Source of the DNA: Mustelus asterias
Lineage: Eukaryota
Reading direction: 5' to 3'
Assembly: GCF_964213995.1 (NCBI RefSeq)
Contig: NC_135811.1
Span: 16,306,001 to 16,370,000, forward strand
DNA: 64,000 nt
This document shows, piece after piece, positions 1 through 13,460 of the stretch (the first letter of the stretch is position 1; each line of letters opens with the position of its first letter). The position numbers and the translations under genes were made by a program. A model generated the notes under the pieces. It saw only the letters and a list, made by a program, of their open reading frames with translations, was not told the origin of the DNA and searched no databases.

Positions 1-500
1 AATCCTGTCCACCAACTACAAAGCACAAGTCAGGAAAGTGATGGAACACCCTCCACTTTGCCTGGATGAATGCAGCTCCAACAAGCTTATTATCCAGGAC
101 AAAGCAGTCCGCTTGATCGGCATTCCACCCTTTCCCTCCACCCCGGCACAGAATGGCAGTATCTACAAGATGCACTGCACCAAGGCTTTTTCGAAGGCAC
201 GTTCCAAACAGTTGACCACCTGGAAGAGCAATTGCAGCAGGTGCATGGGAACACCAGCACCTGTAAGTTCCTCTCCAAGTCACTCACCATCCTGACTTGG
301 AAATATATCACTGTTCCTTCACTGTCACTGGGTTGAAATCCTGGAACTCACTTCCTAACAGCACTGTGTGTGTACCTACACCAAACGGACCGTAGAGGTT
401 CAAGGAGGTGGCTCACCACCACCTTCTCGAGGGCAATTAATAATGGGCAATAAATGCTGGAATGGCCAATGATGCTCCTATCCCATGAACGAATATAAAA
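1..500 (+). mobile_element. 3' fragment of a degenerate CR1/L2-group LINE (family 2) with its 3' tail
   Basis: Decayed ORF2 C-terminal coding (YKAQVRKVMEHPPL..., IQDKAVRLIG), then tail ggttcaaggaggtggctcaccaccaccttctc...gggcaataaatgctgg...atcccatgaacgaat. The same tail recurs at about 35000, 38375 and 62190 on the - strand. Confidence 0.7.
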
Positions 501-843
501 ATGATTCAATCCACCAACCCCCTGCCTCATCTCCCTTTCCCACCGAATCGTGTATTGTTCCCTACAACACAAACAAGCAGACCATCTGTTGTTATATTGC
601 TGTATTATCTGTAAATATCTTTAAATAGCAAGAAACTACTTAGCTAGGATCTATTGTAATGTGTTATGTGTAAGTGTTGCAAGGGCCACATTTCACAGCT
701 GCACTAGAGACTGAAGTGATGTGCACATGACCAGTTCAATCTGGGTCTCCTTTTGATCCAGACAGTATGGTAAACTGAAGTCTTCAATGAACTAAGTGCG
801 ATTGATATCTGAACAAACTAATTTCAGAGATGACACAAAAGGT

Positions 844-2497
844 AGAACATAGAACAGTACAGCACAGAACAGGCCCTTCGGCCCACGATGTTGTGCCGAG
901 CTTTGTCTGAAACCCAGATCAAGCTATTTCCTCCCTGTCATCCCGAAGTACTCCATGTGCCTATCCAATAACCTCTTAAATGTTCCTAAAGTTTCTGACT
1001 CCACTATCCCTGCAGGCAGTCCATTCCACTCAGTCCAACCACTCTCTGCATAAAGAACCTATCTCTGATATCCTTCCTATATCTCCCACTATGAACCCTA
1101 TAGTTATGCCCCCTAGTTACCGCTCCATTCACTGGAGGAAATAGTCTTTGAACGTTCACTCTATCTATCCCCCTCATCATCTTATAAACCTCTATCAAGT
1201 CTCCTCTCAACCTCCTCCGCTCCAAAGAGAAAAGCCCAAGTTCCCTCAACCTTTCCTCATAAGACCTATCCTCCAAACCAGGCAGCATCCTGGTAAATCT
1301 CCTTTGCACTCTTTCCAGTGTCTCCACATCCTTCTTGTAGTGAGGTGACCAGAACTGCGCACAATATTCCAAATGTGGTCTCACCAAGGTCCTGTACAGT
1401 TGCAGCATAACCCCACGGCTCTTAAACTCCAACCCCCTGTTAATGAACGCCAACACACTATAGGCCTTCTTCACGGCTCTATCCACTTGAGTGGCAACCT
1501 TCAGAGATCTATGGATATGAACCCCAAGATCTCTCTGTTCCTCCACATTCTTCAGAACCCTACCTTTGACCCTGTAATCCACATTTAAATTTGTCCTACC
1601 AAAATGAATCACCTCGCATTTGTCAGGGTTAAACTCCATTTGCCATTTTTCAGCCCAGCTCTGCATCCTATCTATATCTCTTTGCAGCCTACAACAGCCC
1701 TCCACCTCATCCACTACTTCACCAATCTTGGTGTCATCAGCAAATTTACTGATCCACCCTTCAGCCCCCTCCTCCAAGTCATTTATAAAAATTACAAATA
1801 GCAGAGGACCAAGCACTGATCCCTGTGGCACTCCGCTGGTAACCGGTTTCCAGTCCGAAAATTTTCCATCCACCACCACCCTCTGTCTTCTGTTAGATAG
1901 CCAGTTACCTATCCAATCGGCCAAACTTCCCTCTATCCCACATATCCTTACTTTCTTCATAAGCCGACCGTGGGGGATTTTATCAAACACCTTACTAAAA
2001 TCCATGTATATGACATCAACTGCACTACCTTCATCTACACACTTAGTTACCTCCTCAAAAAATTCTATCAAATTTGTGAGGCAAGATTTGCCCTTCACAA
2101 ATCCGTGCTGACTATCCCGGATTAAGCTGCATCTTTCTAAATGGTCGTAAATCCTATCCCTAAGGACCTTTTCCATCAACTTACCAACCACCGAAGTAAG
2201 ACTAACCGGCCTATAATTACCAGGGTCATTTCTATTCCCTTTCTTAAACAGAGGAACCACATTCGCCACTCTCCAGTCCTCTGGCACCACCCCCGTGGAC
2301 AGTGAGGACGCAAAGATCAATGCCAAAGGCTCTGCAATCTCATCCCTTGCCTCCCAAAGAATCCTAGGATATATTTCATCAGGCCCAGGGGACTTATCAA
2401 CTTTCAGTTTATTCAAAATTGCTAGTACATCTTCCCTCCGAACATCTACTTCCTCCAGCCTATCAGCCTGTGACACCATCTCTTCCTCAAAAACATC
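844..2497 (-). mobile_element. 5'-truncated CR1 (HER1-like) LINE, RT domain of ORF2
   Basis: ORF 1004-2524 has [19 protein letters not shown](V)[12 protein letters not shown] and KFADD. The 3' UTR ends in ttcta-type repeats at about 844. One frameshift near 1030. Confidence 0.95.
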
Positions 2498-2782
2498 TGG
2501 GACTGGGAGGAAATAACAACCCACAATTCCACAGTTGGCAACTCAAAACAGGAGTTGAGAAAACTCAAACCACATGTATGCCAAGCAAAATGGCAGTCAG
2601 AAAAGGCATGCTAAGAATTTGCAACCCTGAAAGACTCCTTGAAGAATCAATAGAGTCAGGGAAAAACGCGGGGTGCCCAGTCATGGTACAAACCCTCAAC
2701 GCACTCAACAGGAGTCAGCCCACGTGTAAACTTGGAACACGTGTGGAGAATTTGTCACGTTGGTCATACATGGTAGATGTGA

Positions 2783-3037
2783 AACATAGAAGATAGGAGC
2801 AGGAGGAGGCCATTTGGCCCATCGAGCCTGCTCCACCATTCATTATGATCATCCAACTCAATAGCCTAATCCTGCTTATTCCCATAACCTTTGATCTCAT
2901 TTTCCCCAAGCGCTATATCCAGCCGCCTCTTGATTACATTCAATGTTTTGGCATCAACTACTTCCTGTAGTAATGAATTCCACAGGCTCACCACTCTTTG
3001 GGTGAAGAAATGTTTCTTCACCTCCATCCTAAATGGT
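2783..3037 (-). mobile_element. CR1 LINE 3' end fragment (different subfamily)
   Basis: Encodes FFTQRVVSLWNSL, followed by a CR1 3' UTR (gagcaggctcgatgggccaaatggcctcc...). Confidence 0.85.
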
Positions 3038-3038
3038 C

Positions 3039-4690
3039 TAGAACAAAGAACAGTACAGCACAGGAAACAGGCCCTTCGGCCCTCCAAGCCTGTGCCGCTC
3101 CTTGGTCCAACTAGACCAATCGTTTGTATCCCTCCATTCCCAGGCTGCTTATGTGACTATCCAGGTAAGTCTTAAACGATGTCAGCGTGCCTGCCTCCAC
3201 CACCCTACTTGGCAGCGCATTCCAGGCCCCCACCACCCTCTGTGTAAAAAACATCCCTCTGATATCTGAGTTATACTTCGCCCCTCTCACCTTGAGCCCG
3301 TGACCCCTCGTGAACATCACTTCTGATCTGGGAAAAAGCTTCCCACCGTTCACCCTATCTATCCCCTTCATAATCTTGTACACCTCTATTAGATCTCCCC
3401 TCATTCTCCGTCTTTCCAGGGAGAACAACCCCAGTTTACCCAATCTCTCCTCGTAGCTAAGACCCTCCATACCAGGCAACATCCTGGTAAACCTTCTCTG
3501 CACTCTCTCTAAAGCCTCCACGTCCTTCTGGTAGTGCGGCGACCAGAACTGGACGCAGTACTCCAAATGTGGCCTAACCAGCGTTCTATACAGCTGCATC
3601 ATCAGACTCCAGCTTTTATACTCTATACCCCGTCCTATAAAGGCAAGCATACCATATGCCTTCTTCACCACCTTCTCCACCTGTGTTGCCGCCTTCAAGG
3701 ATTTGTGGACTTGCACACCTAGGTCCCTCTGTGTTTCTATACTCCTGATGACTCTGCCATTTATTGTATAACTCCTCCCTACATTATTTCTTCCAAAATG
3801 CATCACTTCGCATTTATCCGGATTAAACTCCATCTGCCACCTCTCCGCCCAATTTTCCAGCCTATCTATATCCTGCTGTATTGCCCGACAATGCTCTTCG
3901 CTATCCGCAAGTCCAGCCATCTTCATGTCACCCGCAAACTTGCTGATTACACCAGTTACACCTTCTTCCAAATCATTTATATATATCACAAATAGCAGAG
4001 GTCCCAGTACAGAGCCCTGCGGAACACCACTGGTCACAGACCTCCAGCCGGAAAAAGACCCTTCGACCACTACCCTCTGTCTCCTATGGCCAAGCCAGTT
4101 CTCCACCCATCTAGCCACTTCTCCTTGTATCCCATGAGACTTAACCTTCTTAACCAACCTGCCATGTGGGACTTTGTCAAATGCCTTACTGAAATCCATA
4201 TAGACGACATCCACGGCCCTTCCTTCATCAACCGTTTTTGTCACTTCCTCAAAAAACTCCACCAAATTTGTAAGGCACGACCTCCCTTTTACAAAACCAT
4301 GCTGTCTGTCACTAATGAGATTGTTCCGTTCTAAATGCACGTACATCCTGTCTCTAAGAATCCTCTCCAACAACTTCCCTACCACGGACGTCAAGCTCAC
4401 CGGCCTATAATTTTCTGGGTTATCCCTGCTACCCTTCTTAAACAACGACACAACATTCGCTATCCTCCAATCCTCAGGGACCTCACCCGTGTCCAAAGAA
4501 GCGACAAAGATTTCCGTCAGAGGCCCAGCAATTTCATCTCTCGTCTCCCTGAGCAGTCTAGGATAGATGCCATCAGTACCTGGGGCTTTGTCAGTTTTAA
4601 TGTTCCCTAAAAAACCTAACACTTCCTCTCTTGTAATGGAGATTTTCTCTAACGGGTCAACACCTCCCTCCGAGACACTTCCGGTTAAGA
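3039..4690 (-). mobile_element. 5'-truncated CR1 LINE with uninterrupted RT ORF, adjoining the previous fragment
   Basis: ORF 3111-4622 (503 aa) has CR1 RT motifs; the catalytic FADD is changed to FAGD. Confidence 0.95.
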
Positions 4691-5379
4691 TGCAAAGTAT
4701 TCATTTAGGATATTTTAAATGTTTTGAGAGATAAGATAGGTTTATCTGCAACTCTCTAATTATTATAATCAATTCGGGATAACTTTAAAGAGCCCTCAGC
4801 AAAAATTTAAGCCAGGTCTGACTCAGCTACCGAACCCAAGTCTGAGACTGGCTCCTCCAATTGTTCTCAAGTCAAGTAACAACTGTGCGGTATTTTTGTA
4901 ACTTTAGCATTGCTGATATGGAAATTGTTACAATATAAATGTGTCCATATGATACTTAAAATGGATCTGCTGTGTGTATGTGTTTAAGAGAGTTATCCCA
5001 GCATCTTAGATCCCATTATCACACTCTCCAGTCTCAGAAGGTGCAGCCGGGTTGCATGGGCATCCATCACTCTGTGGGGTTGGTCACACTGAGGAGTGCA
5101 GCCCAAGGAGGGAGCGTCGTGAGGTCAACTTTACTCCTGCAAATATAAAAGAACCCTTACAATTTCATTTTTCTCCCCATTCCAGCAGAGGAATAAATAA
5201 CCTTGCTGTCTTTTGACACTGAATGCTGATCTCTGCAGCCCAGTAGGGGCTTTCACTGGCTGTAAAACACTTTGGGATATCCTAGCATTGTGAAAGTTGC
5301 TAGATAAATGCAAATCTTTATCTATATAAAAGTTCCTATAGCAGTTCCTTATTGAATCACCAGTTAGTTTTTGTTTTGG

Positions 5380-5708
5380 GGAGGCGGTGGAGTAGTGGTA
5401 TCATCATTGGACTGGTAATCCAGAGACCCAGGGTAATGTTCCGGGGACCTGGGCTTAAGTCCCACCATGGTAAATGGTAAAATAAAAGTGCAATGGTGAC
5501 CTTGAAACCCTTGTCAATTGTTGTAAAGACCCACCTGGTTCATTAATGTCCTTTAGGGAAGGAAATCTGCCGTCCTTACCCGCCTGGCCTACACGTGATT
5601 CCAGATCCACAGCAATGTGGTTGATTCTTAACTGCCCCAGTTCACGGGCAAGTAAGGGTGGGCAATAAATGCTGGCCGGCCAGCGAAGTCCACATCTCCT
5701 GAATAAAA
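5380..5708 (+). mobile_element. tRNA-derived SINE sharing the family-2 LINE tail
   Basis: Head gtggagtagtggt...gggcttaagtcccacc, core ctggttcattaatgtcctttagggaaggaaatctgcc, tail gggcaataaatgctggcc...gaataaaaaa. Related copies at about 10500-10730(-), 36345-36690, 38845-39250, 58170-58340(-) and 61775-62105. Confidence 0.75.
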
Positions 5709-6488
5709 AAAAATTGGGAAAGAAAAATTGGTCAGGAAAAAATCCCTGGATCTTCTTTCTCCACAGTGGCTGCCAGACCTGCCGACTATTTCTAGCATCT
5801 TCTGTTTTTATTTCAGGTTTGCAGCATCTGCAGTATTTTGCTTTATCCAAAGTGACACGAGGAGCAGTGTCTACACATCAAACATCAGCAGAGAGCCACT
5901 CAGCGGCAACTGCTGTACGGAACGTTTGGCTAATTCTTTGAAAATAGGTGGAAATTTTGACCTGAAACAGAAGAAGGTTGATTCGTATTTTCTCAAATTC
6001 TTTTTAATGGAAGTATCTATCAAAAGATGCAACACAATAAACCAAATTGAAATTAATAAGTACCAAGAGGTAAATAAACAAAGTTATGCATAAAAAATAA
6101 CATAATTAATAAATAATTTGTATTTATATAGACCATATAAATGCATCCTTGATGCATTTCGCAAGCAGTGAGTTTTGAAGTCCTGCCGTTAATGACCAAA
6201 TGAGGCAGAAAATTTACACACAGCAAGGTGTCCAAACAACAAATGAATGACAAAATGTCTTAGGGAACAATATCAGCTCTGCTTTGAATAGTGCGGTGGG
6301 ATCATTTGATGCCCAGCTGAGAAGGTTGGCTGGAGTTTAACATTTCATTCAAAGAGCACCTGTTGAACTAGTCTTTGCTATATTAAATGTCAGTTTAGAT
6401 AGCCCTAATTTCATAGCAAATTAGTGTAAAATATCCACAAGCTTTAATTGAAATTAGGTAATAACAGTGAGGCTGAATGGGGTACATA

Positions 6489-6745
6489 TTACTGGTGCTT
6501 CACAGCACCAGGGACCCGGGTTCGATTCCCGGTTTGGGTCACTGTCTGTGTGGAGTTTGCATGTTCTCCCCGTGTCTGCATGGGTTTCCTCCGCGTGCTC
6601 CGGTTTCCTCTCTCATTCTGAAAGACGTGCTGGTTAGGTGCGTTGACCCGAACAGGCGCCGGACTGTGGCAACTGGGGGAATTTCACAGTAACTTCATTG
6701 CAGTGTTAATGTAAGCCTTACTTGTGACACTAATAAATAAACTTT
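6489..6745 (+). mobile_element. HE1-like V-SINE, tail type B, 5'-truncated
   Basis: B-box ggttcgattcc, V-domain tgtggagtttgcatgttctccccgtg, tail ttcacagtaacttcattgcagtgttaatgtaagccttacttgtgacactaataaataaac. Confidence 0.85.
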
Positions 6746-7155
6746 AAACAGGAGACAATGGACAGATAGCAAACCAGTCGAAACAATAATATCTGAAAGT
6801 AAATCAGCAGATGCCTTCCTGCAGGGTGAAACTTGACATGTTTCATGTAACATTTTGTGTTTTATTTCAGAGTTTTAAATCAAAGTATTTTCTACAAACT
6901 AGTTCAAAAACTCAATGCAACTCTTAGAAGCATACAGCACAGAGAAGACCATTCAGCCTATCCTACCCATAATGGCTCTTTGCAGGACCAGTTGTGCTAA
7001 CTCCTACATCTCTGCTTTTGATTTGTAGTTTGTCTGCAAGTTTCTCACGCTTCCAGTACTTGTACAGCTCCCTTTTAAAACTACCTGTGCAATCAACTTC
7101 CACACATATTCAGGTAGAACATTCCAGATCCCCACAACTCGAGTGAAAACATTTC

Positions 7156-7897
7156 ATAAGAACATAAGAAATAGGAGCAGGAGTAGGCCATCTCGCCCCT
7201 CGAGCCTGTCCCGCCATTCAATAAGATCATGGCCGATCTGAAGTGGATCAGTTCCACTTACCCGCCTGATCCCCATAACCCCTAATTCCCTTACCGATCA
7301 GGAATCCATCTATCCGTGATTTAAACATATTCAACGAGGTAGCCTCCGCCACTTCAGTGGGCAGAGAATTCCAGAGATTCACCACCCTCTGAGAGAAGAA
7401 GTTCCTCCTCAACTCTGTCCTAAACTGACCCCCCTTTATTTTGAGGCTGTGCCCTCTAGTTCTAGTTTCCTTTCTAAGTGGAAAGAATCTCTCCACCTCT
7501 ACCCTTTCCAGCCCCTTCATTATCTTATAGGTCTCTATAAGATCCCCCCTCAGCCTTCTAAATTCCAACGAGTACAAACCCAATCTGCTCAGTCTCTCCT
7601 CATAATCAACACCCCTCATCTCTGGTATCAACCTGGTGAACCTTCTCTGCACTCCCTCCAAGGCCAATATATCCTTCCGCAAATAAGGGGACCAATACTG
7701 CACACAGTATTCCAGCTGCGGCCTCACCAATGCCCTGTACAGATGCAGCAAGACATCTCTGCTTTTATATTCCATCCCCCTTGCGATATAGGCCAACATC
7801 CCATTTGCCTTCTTGATCACCTATTGCACCTGCAGACTGGGTTTTTGCGTCTCATGTACAAGGACCCCCAGGTCCCTCTGCACAGCAGCATGTTGTA
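7156..7897 (-). mobile_element. Young 5'-truncated CR1 LINE nested in an older CR1 relic (about 6920-8620)
   Basis: ORF 7248-7820 (LYRALVRPQLEYCVQYWSP...FFSQRVVNLWNSLP). The flanks rejoin as decayed CR1 sequence. Confidence 0.9.
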
Positions 7898-8349
7898 ATT
7901 CTCCTCAGTTTCCCTCCAGATCTTTTATCAGTGGCATTGACCTTTCACCAGAGGGAATAGTCCCCCCCCACCCCCCAACCCTTATTTACTGTATGAAAAT
8001 CGCTCATCATCTTGAAATCCTGTTCCAAGGAGACCAGTCCTAAATTTTTCAGCCTCTCCTCATATGTGAAGTCCCCCATCCCCGTTAATATCCTGCTGAA
8101 CCACCTCTGCACCTCTCTAAGGCCTGTACGTCTTCCCTGAAGTGTGATGCCCAGAACTGTCCACAATATTCCAGCTCAGAACTAACCAGTGATTAGTTCT
8201 GGCACAATCTCTTTGCTGTGTATCCTATTCCTCTATTTACAAACCCAAGAAACACATGTGTTTCATTCAACGCCTTATCGGCCATACAGACTCCAAGGTT
8301 TCTGAGTGTCTACACTTTTCAAAATTGTGCCATTTACCATGCCACATTA

Positions 8350-8530
8350 TGGGAGGGATTCTCCGGTTCTTTCTGCCGGCGGGATCTTCCGCAGGTTCCC
8401 CGGCAGTGGGCGAGCCATACAAAATGCCATAGACCTCGGCGGGACTGGAAGATCCCTCGAGCAGCCAATGGTGAGCCGCCTCCATCGCCGGAAAGCACGA
8501 TGTGGGGGCGCGGGCAGAAAGTCCAGGCTT
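8350..8530. mobile_element. Short GC-rich MITE-like insertion (possibly PIF/Harbinger type) interrupting the CR1 relic
   Basis: Imperfect terminal inverted repeats gggagggattctcc...agaaagtccaggc with 'tat' on both sides. CR1 sequence resumes after it. Confidence 0.5.
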
Positions 8531-8809
8531 ATGACTTTCCATGTCATTACTCCAAAAGTGCATCACTATACACCTCTGCATTTAACATCACCTGCCATCC
8601 TTCTGTCCATTTCACCATCCTGAAGCCTATAGCTTTTCTCATATATACTATCGTGCATTATGTTACTGTGCAACATGCAAATTTGAAGGCTTTTGTCCAA
8701 AATCATTTGCACGCCCCCATATCTTACAATCATGTTCATGCATGCACTTTATGTTGTTTGCCTGAGCCAATTAATTTTGATGACCTAATCTATATTTCTT
8801 TCCAATTAA

Positions 8810-9052
8810 AAGTTAAAGTTTATTTATTAGTCACAAGTTGTCTTACATTAACATCGCAATGAGGTTATTACGAAAGTCCCCTAGTCGCCACACCCCTGCG
8901 CCTGTTTGGGTACACTGAGGGAGAATTTAGCATGGCTAATGCACCTAACCAGCACGTCTTTTGGACTGTGGGAGGAAACCGGAGCACCCGGAGGAAACCC
9001 ACGCAGACACGTGGAGAACGTGCAGACTCCACACGGACAGTGACCCAAGCTG
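8810..9052 (-). mobile_element. HE1-like SINE, tail B, 5'-truncated
   Basis: Reverse complement of the V-domain plus tail B. Confidence 0.85.
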
Positions 9053-10201
9053 TCAATTTGAAGAATGAAACCCTATCAGAAACTAGAAATAAAAAAATGA
9101 GCAATCTTTACGATAGGAATGGAACCACCTTCTAGGGTTATTTTGGTAATTGTTGAATACTTGTTTAACAAGCTAAGAATTAAACAATTAAATGCCAAAC
9201 TACATTTTTTATTTGAAATTGAACATTACATTGGTGCCATGTTGTATGCTGAGAATATTTAACTCGAAGATAAGTCCAGGAAATGCAAGTGGCCTCAATT
9301 TCATGTCACACTGGCCTCAATTTGTCTGCAGCATCAATATATGGCACATCATCACAAAACTACCCAGACTGACCTTTAGTTTCTCGAGTAAATATATTCT
9401 TATTAACTTTGTCGCTCTGTGGGATATCCCTGGGGTGTAAAAGGCACTACATAAATCAACGTTCGCTCTTGGCACTTTGAATATGGCCTAGATTATGTAT
9501 AAGTTTTCAGAGGGGGACTTAAACCCACAGTTTTCCCCTGTGAGGCAACACTATTGTTACACGTGTTACTCGAGGGAGTACAAAAGGATTCAGTACATAT
9601 TCACTGCTTTCAGTAGGGGAGGAAAACTCTGGTGTTGTGCCCATTGTGGTCTGCCCTCAGGAAGGTCCCAGCAAGTTTCACATGAGATTCATGAGCCATT
9701 TACTATGAAGAGCAGCTGAGCTAATTTCCTGTTGCCTTCCTCAAACCATCGTGTTAAAGGATACAATTGATTTGCCCATTACGAGAAATAAGCAACATCT
9801 TTGAATGCTGTTTAAAAACTTGAGAAAGTAAATGAGGAGAAAGAAATAAAAAGGAAAACTAAAGAGAGAGTGAGCAAACTTTCAGTAACATTGCAATTTT
9901 ATTTATTTTTTTAAAACTGAAAGAAAACCTAACTTTAAAAAGCTGTTGAATATAAATGAACATACATTTTCTTTATGAGCCACATAGTTCTGGCTGCAAG
10001 CATTCAGCCTGTGGAAGATCAGTTCAAATGATGTGGGTGCCACTGGCAAGGCCAGAAGTTATTGCGCACCCCTAATTGCCCTCAAGAAGGTGGTGGTGAT
10101 CTGTCTTCTTGAACACAACTGAATGGTTTGCTGGATCATTTCAGAGGGCAGTTAAGAGCGAACGAATCACATTGTTATGAGCTGGGAGCCGCATATAGGA
10201 C

Positions 10202-10500
10202 AGGGCAGCATGGTGGCACAGTGGTTAGCACTGCTGCCTCACAGCGCCAGGGACCCGGGTTCGAATCCGGCCTCGGGTCACTGTCTTGTGGTGTTCGCAC
10301 ATTCACCCCGTGTCTGCGTGGGTTTCCTCTGGGTGCTCCATTTTCCTCCCACAGTCCAAAGATGTGCGGGTTAGGTGGATTGGCCATGCTAAATTGCCCC
10401 TTAATGTCAGGGGGACGAACAGAGTAAATACATGAGGTTGCGGGGATAGGGACTACGTGGGGTTGGCCTTCTGTACTGTAGGGATTTCTATGATTTCTAT
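10202..10500 (+). mobile_element. HE1-like SINE, tail A (CR1-type)
   Basis: A-box tggcacagtggttagc, B-box gggttcgaatcc, V-domain, tail ctgtagggatttctatgatttctat. Confidence 0.9.
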
Positions 10501-11039
10501 TTCAATCACGGGTAATGATGACAGATTACCTACCCTGAACAACATTAGCGAACCTGATGTTTCTTTTTTAAAATGGCAATCCAGTAACTGTCACTGTGGC
10601 ATTCAAAAGTTAATTTAGTTTAGTTGAAGTTAAATTCCCTGGTTGTGGTGGAATTTGAAGTCATGTCTTCAGATCATTAGTCCAGGCCTCAGAATTACTA
10701 GCTTCATGAGATAACCACAAGGCGCTACCATACCACCTCTCCAACCCATTACTTCTTACTAACATGCTAACTGTTCCAGCCACCCCGTGCTAATCCTGTA
10801 CCTCAAAATTAAATCTCCATTATCCAGCCCTGCTTTTTCAAACTCTATTCAAATTGTGAAAGTCACATCACTTCCTGCAGAGTTGAACACACGGGCATAT
10901 CTGGCAATTGCTCATTTGCAGATCTGCTGCAAACAATGTCTGCAGTAGGAGAGCATGTTAAAGCAGAACTGGAACAAAATATCATTTGAATAATTGTCAC
11001 CTCATACTCGTGTGGTATCAGATGATGTTACAAGATTTC

Positions 11040-11389
11040 ATAGAATAGAATCATAGAAACCCTACAGTGCAGAAAGAGGCCATCTGGCCCATCGAGTCTG
11101 CACCGACCACAATCCCACCCAGGCCCTATCCCCATATCCCTACACATTTACCCGCTAATCCTTCTAACCTACACATCTCAGGACACTAAGGGGCAATTTT
11201 AGCATGACCAGTCAACCTAACCCGCACATCTTTGGACTGTGGGAGGAAACCAGAGCACCCGGAGGAAACCCATGCAGACACGAGGAGAATATGCAAACTC
11301 CACACAGACAGTGACCCAAGCTGGGAATCGAACCTAGGTCCCTGGAGCTGTGAAGCAGTAGTGCTAACCACTGTGCTACTGTGCCGCCC
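11040..11389 (-). mobile_element. Full-length HE1-like SINE, tail A
   Basis: Reverse complement shows A/B boxes, V-domain and the CR1-type tail gatgggccagatggcctctttctgcactgtagggtttctatgattcta. Confidence 0.9.
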
Positions 11390-12979
11390 ATAATTACTCA
11401 GTGAAGAATTTAAAGCACTCTCACACCCATCCACCCAGCAACCCTCAAAAAAGCCAGATAAAAATCCATCCAAAAGACAATTCTTTCCAACACCTGTACA
11501 TTTTACCATTTAATTGTTCAAATGGCATGTTTACCTGAATATGGGAGCAGTCATTCATAAATGACAATATGCCAAGGGCTGCCTTAGTTATCGACATAAG
11601 CAATCTTTTAAAGAAGTTTAGTTACATCAGTTAAATGCTAACTCAAACTCCCCACCTTAAAATTTGTTTATAAAGGCTTATTTTCCAAAACTTTCCTTAC
11701 TACTGCTTTTGATAAACCAAGTTCATTCGTGGACAAATATCAATTTGTCTTGTCGAATAAACGTCTGGAGTTCACAGACAGATTCAGGAAAAACCTGTGG
11801 TAAAAGCGATGGAGACATCCGGGCCATTTGAGTGATGTGCAAGAATTTATTGCAAAATTATTCTCCTTCATCAAATTTAGTTAAATGTCACTGGCTTATT
11901 TTTGTTACTGAGGACAATGGGGAAGGAAGGGTGGATTATTTTTGCCTCGCGTCATGAATGAAGATGTAGGTACAAAAATGTATCTTGTGGTAAGTTTTGA
12001 GTTGATGCTCTGAAATACCCAAAGGTAGCAAGGGACCATCAAGCTCCATCCTCTGCACAATAGTGCATGCAAGTGTGAAATGTGCTGCTTGCAATATGTA
12101 GTTTTAGTATGTAACCAACAAAATGGATGCTGCTACTTTAGATTTAAAATCCATGCTGAGGCTGCTGATATATAAATGTACATACATTATATAGTTGCTT
12201 TTAGTAGTTTAATTATCAATGGCAATGCAAGATTATATGAGCAATACATTCTTAGATTGACAGCAAACCAAAACTTTAGCACTGACTAGCAGAACTTCAC
12301 CATCTTTCAATGATCACCAAATCATAAGGGACAGAAGCTATTAAAAGACTTTTTAAAAAATGTTCTCAATTCGCCCTTAAGCAACATATTTTTCTAGGTG
12401 CTGGCCACATCGTACCTCCATAGAATCCCGAGAGTGCAGGAGGCGGTCATTCAGCCCATCAAGTCTGCACCAACCCTCCGAAACAGCATCTTACCCAGCA
12501 GTGCTAATCATCGTGCCACACTTCATCCCAATGGCCATTTTGCATGTCTAAGACAAGTTGGCACATCGAGCTGAGCCCAAAAAATGCCCTGATGTACACA
12601 GTTTCCAGCAAGAATTACTGGATACTGATCAAAAACAGGAACCCTAGATTATTTTTCTTCCTTCCAGCCTATGGACCCAGACCAGTCTACCCACTGACTG
12701 CTGAGACTCGTACATGAAGACTGACCCATGAGAACATAAGAAATAGCAGTTGGCCATTCAGCCCCTCGAGCCTGCTGCACCATCTAATAAGATCATTGGG
12801 TGATCTGTTCCTTGGATTGACTTGGATAAGGATTGCTGGCCTCTGAAGACTGCCTGCAGATCCTTCCGAATGGAAAGAAGTTAGCGAAAAATTGACAAAA
12901 TCTAGTTTATGATAGTGCTGTATTATTAGCCTGGAACAGAGCCAACAGGTCCACTCTGGCCCTTTCGGTAATATCATCT

Positions 12980-13460
12980 TTTAGAAATATGGAAGATAGA
13001 AGCAGGAATAGGCTATTCAGCCCTTCGAGCCTGCTCTGCCATTCATTTTGATTATCAAATTCAATATCCTGATATCGCCTTCCCCCCCCCCGCCCATATT
13101 TCTTGATCCCTTTAGCCCCAAAAGCCATATCCAATTTCTTCTTGAAATCAGACAACATTTTGGCCTCACCTACTTTCTGTGGTAGTGAATTCCACAGATT
13201 CACCATTCTCTGGGTGAAGAAATTTCTCCTCACCTCAGTTCTAAACGCTTTACCCCTTATCCTCAAACTATAACCCCTAGTTCTGGACTCCCCCACCATA
13301 GGGAACATTCTTTCCTGAATCGACCTTGCCTAACCCTGTTGGAATTTTATAAGTTTCTGTGAGATCCCCTCTCACTCTGCTAAATTCCAATGAATACAAT
13401 CCTAACCAACTTAGTCTCTCCTCATATGACAGACCTGCCATCCCAGGAATCAACCTTTTG
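12980..13460 (-). mobile_element. CR1 LINE 3' fragment
   Basis: ORF 12907-13308 contains FRTEVRRNFFTQRMVNLWNSLP. Confidence 0.85.

Noticed and set aside
660-2780. Possible decayed Gypsy LTR (660-840) and gag trace (2500-2780; EFATLKDSL) split by CR1
   Set aside because: There is no second LTR and no clear motif, so it is too weak to call.
1148-4610. Numerous + strand ORFs antisense to CR1 RT (for example 1620-2111 and 3925-4137; likewise 19356-19793)
   Set aside because: They are shadow ORFs on the opposite strand of LINE ORF2, with no independent evidence of being genes.
8218-8862. 214-aa ORF (and the 185-aa ORF at 58016-58573)
   Set aside because: Each spans a patchwork of repeat fragments and has no domain signature.
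10202-10275. tRNA-like A/B-box sequences
   Set aside because: They are SINE heads continuing into the V-domain, not tRNA genes.
10128-10427. Recurring short ORFs with 'GHCLCGVCTFSPCLRGFP' or 'VAQWLALLPHS' peptides
   Set aside because: These are translations of the HE1 SINE, not a protein family.
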